Both the position numbers and the translations under genes were made by a program. DNA of 64,000 bases from Psilocybe cubensis. Its lineage: Eukaryota. The DNA lies in NCBI GenBank assembly GCA_017499595.2, contig CM039004.1:3410001-3474000 (forward strand), in the 5' to 3' direction. Below the pieces are notes generated by a model that was given only the letters and a program-made list of their open reading frames with translations, was not told where the DNA came from and did no database searches. Positions 24,153-34,975 of this stretch are shown here, piece by piece. Numbering within the stretch: the first letter of the stretch is position 1; every line of letters begins with the position of its first letter.

Positions 24153-27100
24153 TCATCGGTTGTAAGATTTGGATATTCTGCCGAATTCTGGATGTTCCCT
24201 CTCTTGTGAGATTGAATGTCTATGAAGTATTATCTCGTTATCGCTTTCGATACTTATCTGTTCAGCAGCTTCAACTAGAGCAGAATGATAAGTTTCATTG
24301 ACGTTTTGAGTTTCGGGAACAACACCACCTTTTTCGGCAATGTCTTCATCCAGTTTACGAAAAACTGTTTTCTTCCACACATTTGCAAGGTCGAAAAGAT
24401 TAGTATTGCGTTTTCGCGATACTATCCAACGACTTCCGAGTAGTCCTATCTTCCTCAAATCCGGTACGAACTCAGTTTCTCCGTCCACGAGGATCTGTGT
24501 GAACAGCTCCGGGCGAACATCATCGAGGTCGTGAACGTAATTTGGGTCTGGTTTGATAAGGGGTTTGGACGGGTCTGCATTATACAGACCTTTCTCGGCA
24601 TGTTCATACCATGCCGACCAATACTCGGTAACAGTTTTTCCAAGTTCAGCAGCTGAAAACCAATTCCATACCTGGTCAAATCTGGTTTTAAGTACAAGAA
24701 TGGATTTGTCGTGCTCTGCGATTCGTAAAGCGAATCGCTTTTCCCAACGTTCTTGTATATTCTTCTTACACCAAGACATTACTAGGTTTTCGGGATAACC
24801 GCGCACCAAATAGAGAGCGTTAAGGTCTCTAATTGCTCCGATGTAGATTTCCTTAGTACTACACAACACGGCTAGCCTGGATAACTCTCCAATGTAAACG
24901 CCACGTTTGACGTCCAAAGGATGATGTGATACCCATGGAACTCGTTCTCGGTTGTTTCCTGTCTTGACAAATGGCTTCCAATGAAGTTTTCCAGACTCCT
25001 TGAAAATGAAAGCATCGAGAAATTGACATCCCGACGAGGAAACAGCCCATTCGATAACACAACCATCGAACTTTATTGTTTCTTTAATAAGATTAAGTGC
25101 AAGTGCTTCGGACTCGGCGTAAACAATTGCGAAACAATCGTCGATGTACCTTCCATAGAAGGCCACGTTTGGGTGGTCTAAGATTTTTGACATTATTTCA
25201 AAATGGGCTCCAAAGAGGTTAGCAAGGTCCGGGGAATCCGCGACGCCCATTGCAAGGCCATTTTTTTGTCTAAAATATCTAGACCCATGTTGTGTTATCA
25301 ATTGCGTATTGCCAATCTCGATAGCACGTTTAAAGATGCCCAATTTAACCAAGTTATTCTCTAACGAATTTGGATTAATATGGGCTAATGCAGTATTTTC
25401 TTCCGAAGCGTTGAGTAACCATTCCTCGTACATACTACAAACGATGTCAATGCACGAGTCCAACGGGATATTGGGATAGAAAGCAACTACATCTCCAGTG
25501 ACAAAATACCATTGTCTTTTGGAGTCTATACGCAATTGGCTTAATCTCGTAAAGAGATCCTTCGTTCCGTGAATGATTGAAGGAGTCGATTTAATAATCG
25601 GCTTAAGCTCTTTTGATACAAACTTGGCTGCAGGATTAAATACTACAGAGTGACACGGAATTATGGGCCTAAATCCAGTAGGTTTCTTGTGGATTTTAGG
25701 TATACCATGAAATTGAGGATACTTGAACGATGATCCGTCTTCCGGTACATTCGATAGAAAGAATCGAGACAGCCCAAGTTCATAAAGAAACAGATGTTCA
25801 TCTTCGACAGTACGTGCGAGAGTTTGCATCTGGATCATTTTGCTCTTCATAACTTCTTGCGCAACTTCAAATTCTAACTCTTCGTAGTTACGTTCATCTT
25901 CAAGAAGATTGAGCTCATTCCTTAATATCCAGTCGCGTTCAGACACCGCGAGGCCAAGATTCTTATCTGTCATCGTAATAACATAGTTGTTATCGATAAG
26001 AAACTTACGGATCTTGTCCCTTTTAGGAGAGAACGCGTGCTTTCGCATCTCCGTAAGGGCTTCTTCCTGGATACTTGCGATCGTGCGTTGCACGTACCGA
26101 CGTCCCATCGAAAGGCCAAGTTCCATATATTGCGGTAATACTGGAGGTTTCTCCTTTTTCTTAGAGCTTACTCCATAATCTGGATCAAAAGGTTTGTTCA
26201 TGCCTTCCTTAAACAAAAAATAGATACGCCATCTTATTCTTCGTTGAAAATCGTTCCATGCTTGCATGATCAGACTTTGAGAAGGCAGAGTAAAAAACAT
26301 ATAATTGAGTCCGAGCGACAAATCATTTGCTATATCTACAGGGACCACCACACCAGGACTACAAGGTACACTACTACGATACTGGCCAGCCAACAAGAAT
26401 GAGATCGGCGTATGTAAGTGTACAAAAGAAACTGCGTCTGTTTTAGTCATGGTGAGTATATCGTCAGGAATAGAGTTGGGGAAGGCGGGTCTTACCGACG
26501 TAAAAGGTACTACATTAGACCGCGCGTCTAGGCTCTTGCCTTTCCCTTTCCCTTTGGATTGTTCTTGACGGGAGCTCTCCCCTTCCCTTTCTTCTTGTTG
26601 TCGACCTTGTTGGAAGCCTTGGTTTGGGGCTTCCTCTGCGAAGGCGTCGACGACGACTTGGGTTTCGAAGGGCCAGCTTTCTTGGCCTGAGGTTGAGGAG
26701 CCTTGGACGAATTCTGGCCAGACAAAGTCTGGGTAATTAGAATAGTAATTAGTATCCAAAATTATGGGTGAAGGGTTACGAGAACTTGCCTTCTTGCCCA
26801 CAGATCCAAGGTTGAGCTTCTTGAGACGTGCATTCAAGCCCTTATCAATAAGGGATTGAATCGATGGACCTGGTTTGGTCGCATCGGCCATCTCGACATC
26901 GGCTGTTGCCGCAGTCGACCGCTTTTTCTCAATCTTGATTGCCAAAGCGCGGTGGCGCAAGTTGACAATCTGTTTGATATGAGAGAAGATGGCTGGCAAA
27001 ATGGTTTGCAATGCGCTGCATTCAGCCTTCTTCTGCGGTGACACTACCCAATCTGTTATTCGACGAACTCCCTTGTTGTCTGTAGAGAAAACGGGGAGCT

Positions 27101-27683
27101 TATAGCTGGATTTGCGATCATCGTAAGTTGTCTTAACGATGAGGGCAGCAGCTTCATAACAGTTATTGAGTGCGCATTTATCATCCCAAAAGGCCAGTTC
27201 GTCCTTTTTCGCCTGGATGGCGCCGTCATTAATCGCCTTTTGGAAGACGTCACGAGCGGTGGAGAACGTAGAGGAGACTCGAAGAGCCTCCGCTGACCCG
27301 GCATCCGCGAATTCCTTCGTGAGTTGGAACTCGGGAGCCTTCACCCGAAGGCGATTGGGGGTGTTGCCTGCGCTAACGGCAAGTTCAAGGCGCTCAAGGC
27401 TAGCCTTGACTGTTTCCCTCTTGTCGCACCACGATGCGAGGTTGAGGAGAAACTCCCTAAGGGCAGCACGATAGTCAAAAAAGACGCAGTCTACGATCTG
27501 GTCAATGGAGCGGCACTCAGCTATTTTTTTGATGACGACAGTGGCCAACTCGTCGATGAGGGCGTTGTGGCGGCCAGCTTCGTCGTTGACGCCAAAGACT
27601 GTATTGTTGACGACAGCCTGGGTGAGTGCGTCCAGGGTGGGGGACATGGCACGAGAGAAGGCAGCAGAGTAAGTGGAAGACAT
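24153..27683 (-). CDS. ORF1-reverse transcriptase fusion (Penelope-like RT, no endonuclease), 1176 aa
   Basis: RT motifs DKNLG, GIPKIHK..GFRPII, TGDVVAFYPNIP, QKNGLAMGVADSPDLANLF, YGRYIDD and FLD, plus PLE C-terminal SHHP..KRG...ELSRL...RGYP. The N-terminus is helical or coiled-coil. Confidence 0.93.
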   Translation of the reverse strand: MSSTYSAAFSRAMSPTLDALTQAVVNNTVFGVNDEAGRHNALIDELATVVIKKIAECRSIDQIVDCVFFDYRAALREFLLNLASWCDKRETVKASLERLELAVSAGNTPNRLRVKAPEFQLTKEFADAGSAEALRVSSTFSTARDVFQKAINDGAIQAKKDELAFWDDKCALNNCYEAAALIVKTTYDDRKSSYKLPVFSTDNKGVRRITDWVVSPQKKAECSALQTILPAIFSHIKQIVNLRHRALAIKIEKKRSTAATADVEMADATKPGPSIQSLIDKGLNARLKKLNLGSVGKKASSRNPSPIILDTNYYSNYPDFVWPEFVQGSSTSGQESWPFETQVVVDAFAEEAPNQGFQQGRQQEEREGESSRQEQSKGKGKGKSLDARSNVVPFTSVRPAFPNSIPDDILTMTKTDAVSFVHLHTPISFLLAGQYRSSVPCSPGVVVPVDIANDLSLGLNYMFFTLPSQSLIMQAWNDFQRRIRWRIYFLFKEGMNKPFDPDYGVSSKKKEKPPVLPQYMELGLSMGRRYVQRTIASIQEEALTEMRKHAFSPKRDKIRKFLIDNNYVITMTDKNLGLAVSERDWILRNELNLLEDERNYEELEFEVAQEVMKSKMIQMQTLARTVEDEHLFLYELGLSRFFLSNVPEDGSSFKYPQFHGIPKIHKKPTGFRPIIPCHSVVFNPAAKFVSKELKPIIKSTPSIIHGTKDLFTRLSQLRIDSKRQWYFVTGDVVAFYPNIPLDSCIDIVCSMYEEWLLNASEENTALAHINPNSLENNLVKLGIFKRAIEIGNTQLITQHGSRYFRQKNGLAMGVADSPDLANLFGAHFEIMSKILDHPNVAFYGRYIDDCFAIVYAESEALALNLIKETIKFDGCVIEWAVSSSGCQFLDAFIFKESGKLHWKPFVKTGNNRERVPWVSHHPLDVKRGVYIGELSRLAVLCSTKEIYIGAIRDLNALYLVRGYPENLVMSWCKKNIQERWEKRFALRIAEHDKSILVLKTRFDQVWNWFSAAELGKTVTEYWSAWYEHAEKGLYNADPSKPLIKPDPNYVHDLDDVRPELFTQILVDGETEFVPDLRKIGLLGSRWIVSRKRNTNLFDLANVWKKTVFRKLDEDIAEKGGVVPETQNVNETYHSALVEAAEQISIESDNEIILHRHSISQEREHPEFGRISKSYNR
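26528..27683 (-). CDS. Predicted spliced ORF1 protein (~364 aa) with Lys-rich tail
   Basis: Removing intron 26729-26789 (AAG|GCAAGT...CTAAT..CCAG) joins ..GSVGKK in frame to TLSGQNSSKAPQPQAKK...KGKGKARA*. Confidence 0.65.
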
Positions 27684-27715
27684 AGTAGCTGTTGGGTAAT
27701 AGCAAAGTCAAGTGG

Positions 27716-29147
27716 TTTAGGGTGGGAGCGAGCACCGAGCGAAGCGAGGTGCGAGCGACTTGTTTAAACTGTGAGTTAAATGGAAAGAAGCCAGAGGGCT
27801 GTTTGGGGGTACAAACGGCCAGCCCTTTCGTCTTTATAGACTCTTCAGTGGCTATTCTTAGAAGGAATGTTCTGGAACATCCGATGACAGCGCGTGAAGT
27901 GATGCTGCGCAGCTGTCATGTATCTTACCGACTATCACAAATCTGTCAATGTTTATTGTCAAGTTAGACAGGTCTCTGATGAACAGAGTGTCACGGGTCA
28001 ATGTGGCACATGGTAACCTGTCAAAAGTGGATCCAACACTTTTGTTCTTTGACATCGTGGGTTATTGACTGTGATGTGAATCACATGGATATAGAGTACT
28101 CTGGTTACGTGGCTCCGAGTAACCGCGACATGGGAATATTCACATGTCTAGAGTATAAATAGCTTACCTGGGTCCTTACCTAACAATCAAACAATAGAAT
28201 GATTGATTGTTGTGAATCTTAATTGGACAGTTCATGATCCGGTCCATCAAAAATGTTTCCACGGTACTAAGGAACTTTTCCCGAAGTACTAAGTAACTTT
28301 TCCCATGTACTAAATTAGATCCGGCCCTTCACAATCACATGCCGTTCGGAAGTTCACACGCCTACCTTACTTCCTACTAAGGTTAGACTTAGTTAGCTTA
28401 GGGTTGGGGTTAGGTTAGGGTTTAGGGTTTAGGGTTTAGGGTTTAGGGTTTAGGTTTAGCTATTTAATCCAATGTGTTGCTTGTAAGTAGATGTTTGTTA
28501 CTTTATAGCAATGAATACTTACGGTTAGGGTTTTTTTCTAATGCTTTACGCCTTACGCGCTAGTATTCTTTTCATCGGTTGTAAGATTTGGATATTCTGC
28601 CGAATTCTGGATGTTCCCTCTCTTGTGAGATTGAACGTCTATGAAGTATTATCTCGTTATCACTTTCGATACTTATCTGCTCAGCAGCTTCAACTAAAGC
28701 AGAATGATAAGTTTCATTAACGTTTTGAGTTTCGGGAACAACACCACCTTTTTCAGCGATGTCTTCATCCAGTTTACGAAAGACTGTTTTCTTCCACACA
28801 TTTGCAAGGTCGAAAAGATTAGTATTGCGCTTTCGCGATACTATCCAACGACTTCCGAGTAGTCCTATCTTCCTCAAATCCGGTACGAACTCAGTTTCTC
28901 CGTCCACGAGGATCTGTGTGAACAGCTCCGGGCGAACATCATCGAGGTCGTGAACGTAATTTGGGTCTGGTTTGATAAGGGGTTTGGACGGGTCTGCATT
29001 ATACAGACCTTTCTCGGCATGTTCATACCATGCCGACCAATACTCGGTAACAGTTTTTCCAAGTTCAGCAGCTGAAAACCAATTCCATACCTGGTCAAAT
29101 CTGGTTTTAAGTACAAGAATGGATTCGTCGTGCTCTGCGATTCGTAA
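27716..29147 (-). mobile_element. Coprina-type element copy 2, 5'-truncated; forms the upstream pLTR of copy 1
   Basis: Near-identical repeat of the 3' UTR and the RT C-terminus; ends at TTCGTAA and is capped by telomeric repeats. Confidence 0.9.
27789..27853 (-). ncRNA. Type I hammerhead ribozyme (copy 2)
   Basis: Same sequence as the copy 1 ribozyme. Confidence 0.9.
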
Positions 29148-29181
29148 GGGTTTTATAGGGTTTAGGGTTTAGGGTTTAGGG
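29147..29181 (+). repeat. Telomeric cap on truncated copy 2 and attachment site of copy 3
   Basis: AGGGTTTTATAGGG(TTTAGGG)3. Confidence 0.9.
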
Positions 29182-31020
29182 GGGGAGCGAGCACCGAGCG
29201 AAGCGAGGTGCGAGCGACTAGTTTAAACTGTGAGTTAAATGGAAAGTAGCCAGAGGGCTGTTGATTGATATCAGCAGCCAGCCCTTTCGTCTTTATAGAC
29301 TCTTCAGTGGCTATTCTTAGAAGGAATGTTCTGGAACATCCGATGACAGCGCGTGAAGTGATGCTGCGCAGCTGTCATGTATCTTACCGACTATCACAAA
29401 TCTGTCAATGTTTATTGTCAAGTTAGACAGGTCTCTGATGAACAGAGTGTCACGGGTCGATGTGGCACATGGTAACCTGTCAAAAGTGGATCCAACACTT
29501 TTGTTCTTTGACATCGTGGGTTATTAACTGTGATGTGAATCACATGGATATAGAGTACTCTGGTTACGTGGCTCCGAGTAACCGCGACATGGGAGTATTC
29601 TCATGTCAAGAGTATAAATAGCTTACCTGGGTCCTTACCTAACAATCAAACAATAGAATGATTGATTGTTGTGAATCTTAATTGGACAGTTCATGATCCG
29701 GTCCATCAAAAATGTTTCCACGGTACTAAGGAACTTTTCCCGAAGTACTAAGTAACTTTTCCCATGTACTAAATTAGATCCGGCCCTTCACAATCACATG
29801 CCGTTCGGAAGTTCACACGCCTACCTTACTTCCTACTAAGGTTAGACTTAGTTAGCTTAGGGTTGGGGTTAGGTTAGGGTTTAGGGTTTAGGGTTTAGGG
29901 TTTAGGTTTAGCTATTTAATCCAATGTGTTGCTTGTAAGTAGATGTTTGTTACTTTATAGCAATGAATACTTACGGTTAGGGTTTTTTTCTAATGCTTTA
30001 CGCCTTACGCGCTAGTATTCTTTTCATCGGTTGTAAGATTTGGATATTCTGCCGAATTCTGGATGTTCCCTCTCTTGTGAGATTGAACGTCTATGAAGTA
30101 TTATCTCGTTATCACTTTCGATACTTATCTGCTCAGCAGCTTCAACTAAAGCAGAATGATAAGTTTCATTAACGTTTTGAGTTTCGGGAACAACACCACC
30201 TTTTTCAGCGATGTCTTCATCCAGTTTACGAAAGACTGTTTTCTTCCACACATTTGCAAGGTCGAAAAGATTAGTATTGCGCTTTCGCGATACTATCCAA
30301 CGACTTCCGAGTAGTCCTATCTTCCTCAAATCCGGTACGAACTCAGTTTCTCCGTCCACGAGGATCTGTGTGAACAGCTCCGGGCGAACATCATCGAGGT
30401 CGTGAACGTAATTTGGATCTGGTTTGATAAGGGGTCTGGACGAGTCTGCACTATACAGACCTTTCTCGGCATGTTCATACCATGCCGACCAGTACTCGGT
30501 AACAGTTTTTCCAAGTTCAGCAGCTGAAAACCAATTCCATACCTGGTCAAATCTGGTTTTAAGTACAAGAATGGATTCGTCGTGCTCTGCAATTCGTAAA
30601 GCGAATCGCTTTTCCCAACGTTCTTGTATATTCTTCTTACACCAAGACATTACTAGGTTTTTGGGATAGCCGCGCACCAAATAGAGAGCGTTAAGGTCTC
30701 TAATTGCTCCTATGTAGATTTCCTTAGTACTACACAACACGGCTAGCCTGGATAACTCTCCAATGTAAACGCCACGTTTGACGTCCAAAGGATGATGTGA
30801 TACCCATGGAACTCGTTCTCGGTTGTTTCCTGTCTTGACAAATGGCTTCCAATGAAGTTTTCCAGACTCCTTGAAAATGAAAGCATCGAGAAATTGACAT
30901 CCCGACGAGGAAACAGCCCATTCGATAACACAACCATCGAACTTTATTGTTTCTTTAATAAGATTAAGTGCAAGTGCTTCGGACTCGGCGTAAACAATTG
31001 CGAAACAATCGTCGATGTAC
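29182..31020 (-). mobile_element. Coprina-type element copy 3, 5'-truncated at the YIDD motif
   Basis: 3' UTR plus RT C-terminus; homology ends at GTCGATGTAC(CT), where the X module begins. Confidence 0.9.
29247..29313 (-). ncRNA. Type I hammerhead ribozyme (copy 3, variant loop III)
   Basis: Core conserved, stem I UAGCCA/UGGCUA, different stem III loop. Confidence 0.88.
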
Positions 31021-31195
31021 CTAAGCTTATTCCCCCCCGAAGGGGGGGCCTTCGTTGCATTGGGTCTCCTGTGCAGAATTCCTGAAATCTGATGCCAGAT
31101 TCGGATTCCTCGACCTTAAAAACCCCCAAATCCACTTTTAAAATATTTTATTTTGTACATACAGAGGTGCTATGTAATTAAATGTGTATTTTACC

Positions 31196-31363
31196 GAGGC
31201 CGGCCTCCAAATTGATGGAGGTCACTGGAGGCCGGCCTCCGTCTAAAAATAATTTTTGACAGGCACTGGAGGCCGGCCTCCGTCTAAAAATAAATTTTGA
31301 CAGGCACTGGAGGCCGGCCTCCGTCTAAAAATAAACGCGTCGAGGCCACCTGAGGCCGGCCTC
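31196..31363. repeat. 41-bp-periodic array of the palindrome GGAGGCCGGCCTCC
   Basis: Palindromes at 31227, 31268 and 31309, with 12-bp versions at 31196 and 31352. The same array occurs at 45127-45254 and 58256-58423. Confidence 0.92.
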
Positions 31364-32779
31364 GATTCGTATGTGCGTCGTACGCGCGAGTGGAGGCGGA
31401 CTCCAGCGTGGGTCCCAACCAGATAGGTCACGTGAGTATACGCGCGTCGTTGTTTGTTCACTGCTCGTCGCCGCCTGTCGCTGCCCCCACCTTCGCTCGC
31501 TGCCCACAACGACACAGACATTGCTGCGTGTCGTTGCACCGCCACCCCTGCGCCTCTGCTGCCGCTGCCGCTGCCGCCGACTCCCCCACCCCGCCGCCGC
31601 CGCCTTAGCTCGCCGCCCACAACAACACGCAGCAGAGAAAGCGTTTGTGTTTGTTTGTGTTTGCTCACACTATCCCTACCTGCTGCGTATCGTTGCGCCA
31701 CCGCCGCCGACGTTTGAATTCTCTCGTCGATTCATTCTCAGTCCTTTTTCCTTCTTTCTTGACGAATGTCTTAAGTCTGACTGACAGATGTCACAGCAGC
31801 TCTGTCCTTATTTGCAGTCTCCCTTTCCTTAATCAATCTCTCACGTTTGCACAACTCGCGGTGCGTGATTTTTATTGCAACTCAATCCCCTGTTTCGACT
31901 TGAGATGTGCATCAGCCATCCGCGTCAAGGTGCAGTCACATATTCTCGACAGTCACTCACCTTTACATATACTAGGAATCAGCTCAATCCGAGTTGTCAC
32001 TGGGCAACAAATGTACACAACTCACAAAGCAGCAGCGGCGGCGAGGTTGAAGAGAGTGATACAGTGCTGCATCGGGTATGACAGGTGGCCTGCGGTTGAG
32101 AAAACGTGGTACGTTAGCACCGTTCTGCTCATTGACACCGTTTCTGCTTACCTTCACTCCCTCTCCTCCTTTATGTTTACAGTAGGCAACAGGCGGCCTG
32201 CGGTTGATAAACATGGTGCGTCAGCGCTGTTTCATTCATCAGGGGCGCCGCCTCTTACCTTCACGCCCTCCTCTATCTGTGCAGCCCGCAACGGCTGCGC
32301 TGCTGATGACACCCATGGTTCTGCTCACCTTGCTTCTCCACGAAGTCGTCACAATTCCGCTCTCAAACGCGGCGCATACTTTGCTGGGCTCCTCTTGTCC
32401 AACACTGGCCGGAGCTGTATTGTTCAGTGAGTCCTTCTCCTATTGTCATCCAATTCAGACATGATGGACTCACCACTGTATTCCAGCCCTCTCAGGGCGG
32501 CACAGACACGACACTGGAATGAAGAAAAGAGGTGAGTGTGCTGCTTGGAACTGTCCAACCCGCATACTCACCTTGCCGCTTCAGGTAGGCACAAAACAAC
32601 TCTCAAGCGCGGCACATGCTCTGTCAAGAGGTGAGTACTATTCCTTTTTGTATCCAACGCGGTTGCTCACCTAGCTGTCCGCAGCGTCGCTCGTCGCCGG
32701 CTGGTTCAAAAACTCGGGTGGTTGGTGTACAGCTCAGAAGCGGGCACACATGTCTGCATGGAAGGTGTTGGAGACATCG

Positions 32780-33300
32780 TGCAGGAGGGAGGGTCAGCGT
32801 TGGGCAGTACGGCACAACGGCAAACTCACGTTCTTTACATGAAGAGCGCATAGGATGGGCTGAAGAGATGTGAAGAGGGCATACCATGATGGCTCGCTGG
32901 CAGCCGAAATGCAATGGACGCTCTCTCTGACAGCTGGTCTACAGCAACTCGCCGTCGGGCTGGATGGAGGGTCAGCCTTGGGCAGGACAATTACAATGGC
33001 AAACTCACGTTCTTTGCGTGCGTTTGCATGAAGAGCGCGTCGGATGGGCTGATGGAATATGGAGCGGGCATACCACGATGACGAGATGATTCGCTGGCAG
33101 CCGAAATGCGACGGGTCGGTTTACAACAACTCGCTGTCGGGCTGGATGGAGGGTCAGTGTTGGGCTGGACGTCACTACAGCACACTCACGTTCTTTGCGT
33201 GCGTTTGCATGGTCGCTGTGTGCTGTGGAACGTATCAGGTGGGTTGGAAGGATGCGGTTACTATCACGGCGGGATGATTTGCTGGCAGCAAGAGTGCGTT
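32780..33300 (-). repeat. About three ~180-bp exon-intron repeats of a probable minus-strand gene or pseudogene in X
   Basis: Repeated CTCACGTTCTTT...GCTGGCAGCCGAAATGC...GGAGGGTCAG gives minus-strand GTGAG donors and CTGAC branch sites. A minus-strand TATAAAA lies at ~33440. Confidence 0.55.
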
Positions 33301-34764
33301 GGACGCGCCGTGTCGAGCTGCGGAGGTTGGTCGATGGGTGGTGGTTGTAGTGTCAAGACCACGAGGGCAGGAGGAGAGTAGAGGAGGAGAAAACCCAGGA
33401 GTGGGTTGATGTCAAACAGGTATTACCCACCTCGCTTTTATACCACCCGTCTCATGTAACCCGTTACGTGTTTTTTTCCGCAATGCCAAAAAAATAGAAC
33501 TATCTTCTATTCGACCGAAGGACAACGCAAATATACTGAACGAAATGATGCCGACATGTGCTAGTATTGATGGGTTTTACAACTTCCGTTGTGTAAACGA
33601 CATGTCGAGTTGAGGTCGCCGCTGTTCTCAGAACTGGAATCGAGATTGTGGAGTGGTTGGTATGTTGTGCTTTTGAATTTATCATTTTGCAAGTTTACTC
33701 AATGTTTACGTTCATTGTAAGACACATATTCTGTGAGTTTTAATGCATTTTGTAATACATTGTTTCCGAGTATCTTGCTCGATGGTATGCAAGGTATCAA
33801 TTCTTTTCTACAAAACCTATAATACTCGTACTATGCAATCCGCAGATATCGCATTTCTGTACGTATCCTCCAGGTTATATTCAAGCCAAGGATCCATCTT
33901 GACATGATTCTGACGTTCTGAGCTAGCGGGTGACATTACTCGCACTTGAATATGTTCTGGAATCGTTATGTTTCGGTGAACAACGAGGACCCGGAATGGG
34001 TTGTTTCAAACGGTGAGTTTTGTAAATCCATTTGCTCTTTGCAAATACCTGGGATTTGAAACCTTGGATGGTAAATTTTGGAAGGTGCAGAGCGTGTGGT
34101 AGATAGAATGCGGTGAGTATCGAGGCTTTATTTACAAACAATGTTGTTTCCGACACGTTCAAGGCCACCGGCGCTTAATATGTGTTGATTACAGATTTCA
34201 ATGTACTTCGATTCCTGAAAGATTTGAAGGACTCGACTTTTCAGGAATTATTCATGAGGTCATTATACCCCTAATCAAAGTAGAACGCGGAGTAATGATG
34301 AATTAGGGCACGAGGAGAGCGTTTGCGCCATGGTTGACATACCATGCTACACTGGGGATACGTTGTAATAGAGGTGAAATGTTACCGTAAATCACCTCTT
34401 CAATATTCACATGGAGGTCATGGCACGTCTACATAACCAAAACGTTAGATAATAAATGTGGTACGTCAGAGTACTCACCTTGACATTGCTGTAAAGATAT
34501 GGTTTCGGGAATACTCAAATCTAGCGACTCCTGAATCCCCAATGCACTAGTCCATTTCATTCAAAGCCAAAGAGTATGGACAGGCAAGACGAGATGTTTT
34601 GGTCCAGTGGGACACTGCAGGCCTGCATTTGAATAAAGTAAAAAGTTTCAAACACTTTTGAGTGAGTCTGTGAGATTAATGGCAACAAGAATTCAAAGAA
34701 CCTACTGGTATAAATATATCCAACACTACTCGCAAAGTTGAAACCCCGCTGGTGTTGTCGTGAA

Positions 34765-34975
34765 TACACCACAAAACACATATTAGCCTTGGTTGGGGTT
34801 AGGGATTAGGGTTGGTGGTGACCACAAAAATACAGATTAGGATGGTTTAGGGTTTAGTTTTTAGGGTTGGTTGGGATTCGATATACCACAAAAGCACAGA
34901 TTAGTCCGGTTAGGGTTGGTTAGCATTGGTTAGGGTTGGTAATTACAATTACATATTTAGCTGGTTAGGATTGGA
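34765..34975 (+). repeat. Degenerate interstitial telomere-like tract
   Basis: Paralogue of 4855-5045. Confidence 0.75.

Larger units (their letters stand above)
23313..27715 (-). mobile_element. Coprina-type endonuclease-deficient Penelope-like retroelement, full-length copy 1
   Basis: PLE-type RT with no GIY-YIG domain, 3' end joined to telomeric repeats, an internal telomeric tract in the 3' UTR, a hammerhead ribozyme, and an upstream direct repeat (pLTR) supplied by copy 2. Confidence 0.92.
31021..34603. mobile_element. X module copy A (unclassified; right boundary unknown, may extend towards 44952)
   Basis: Begins CTAAGCTTATTCCCCCCCGAAGGGGGGG. Nearly identical to 58081-61663 (I saw about six substitutions), with a diverged end copy at 44953. 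Confidence 0.75.

Noticed and set aside
31021-31050. X terminus as a canonical Helitron end
   Set aside because: The minus strand ends TTAG rather than CTRR and is not followed by T. A|TC on the plus strand occurs only at copy B. No Rep or helicase was seen. Left unclassified.
31196-31363. CRISPR-like array
   Set aside because: Spacers are near-identical, the context is eukaryotic, and there are no cas genes.
32220-32250. Minus-strand CUGAUGA-AU-GAAA resembling a minimal hammerhead in X
   Set aside because: No stem I pairing and no NUH cleavage triplet; it lies in the intron-like part of the micro-exon repeat.
31243-32464. Overlapping ORFs of 130-260 aa in X
   Set aside because: GC-rich low-complexity frames with no recognisable domain; their duplication only reflects copying of X.
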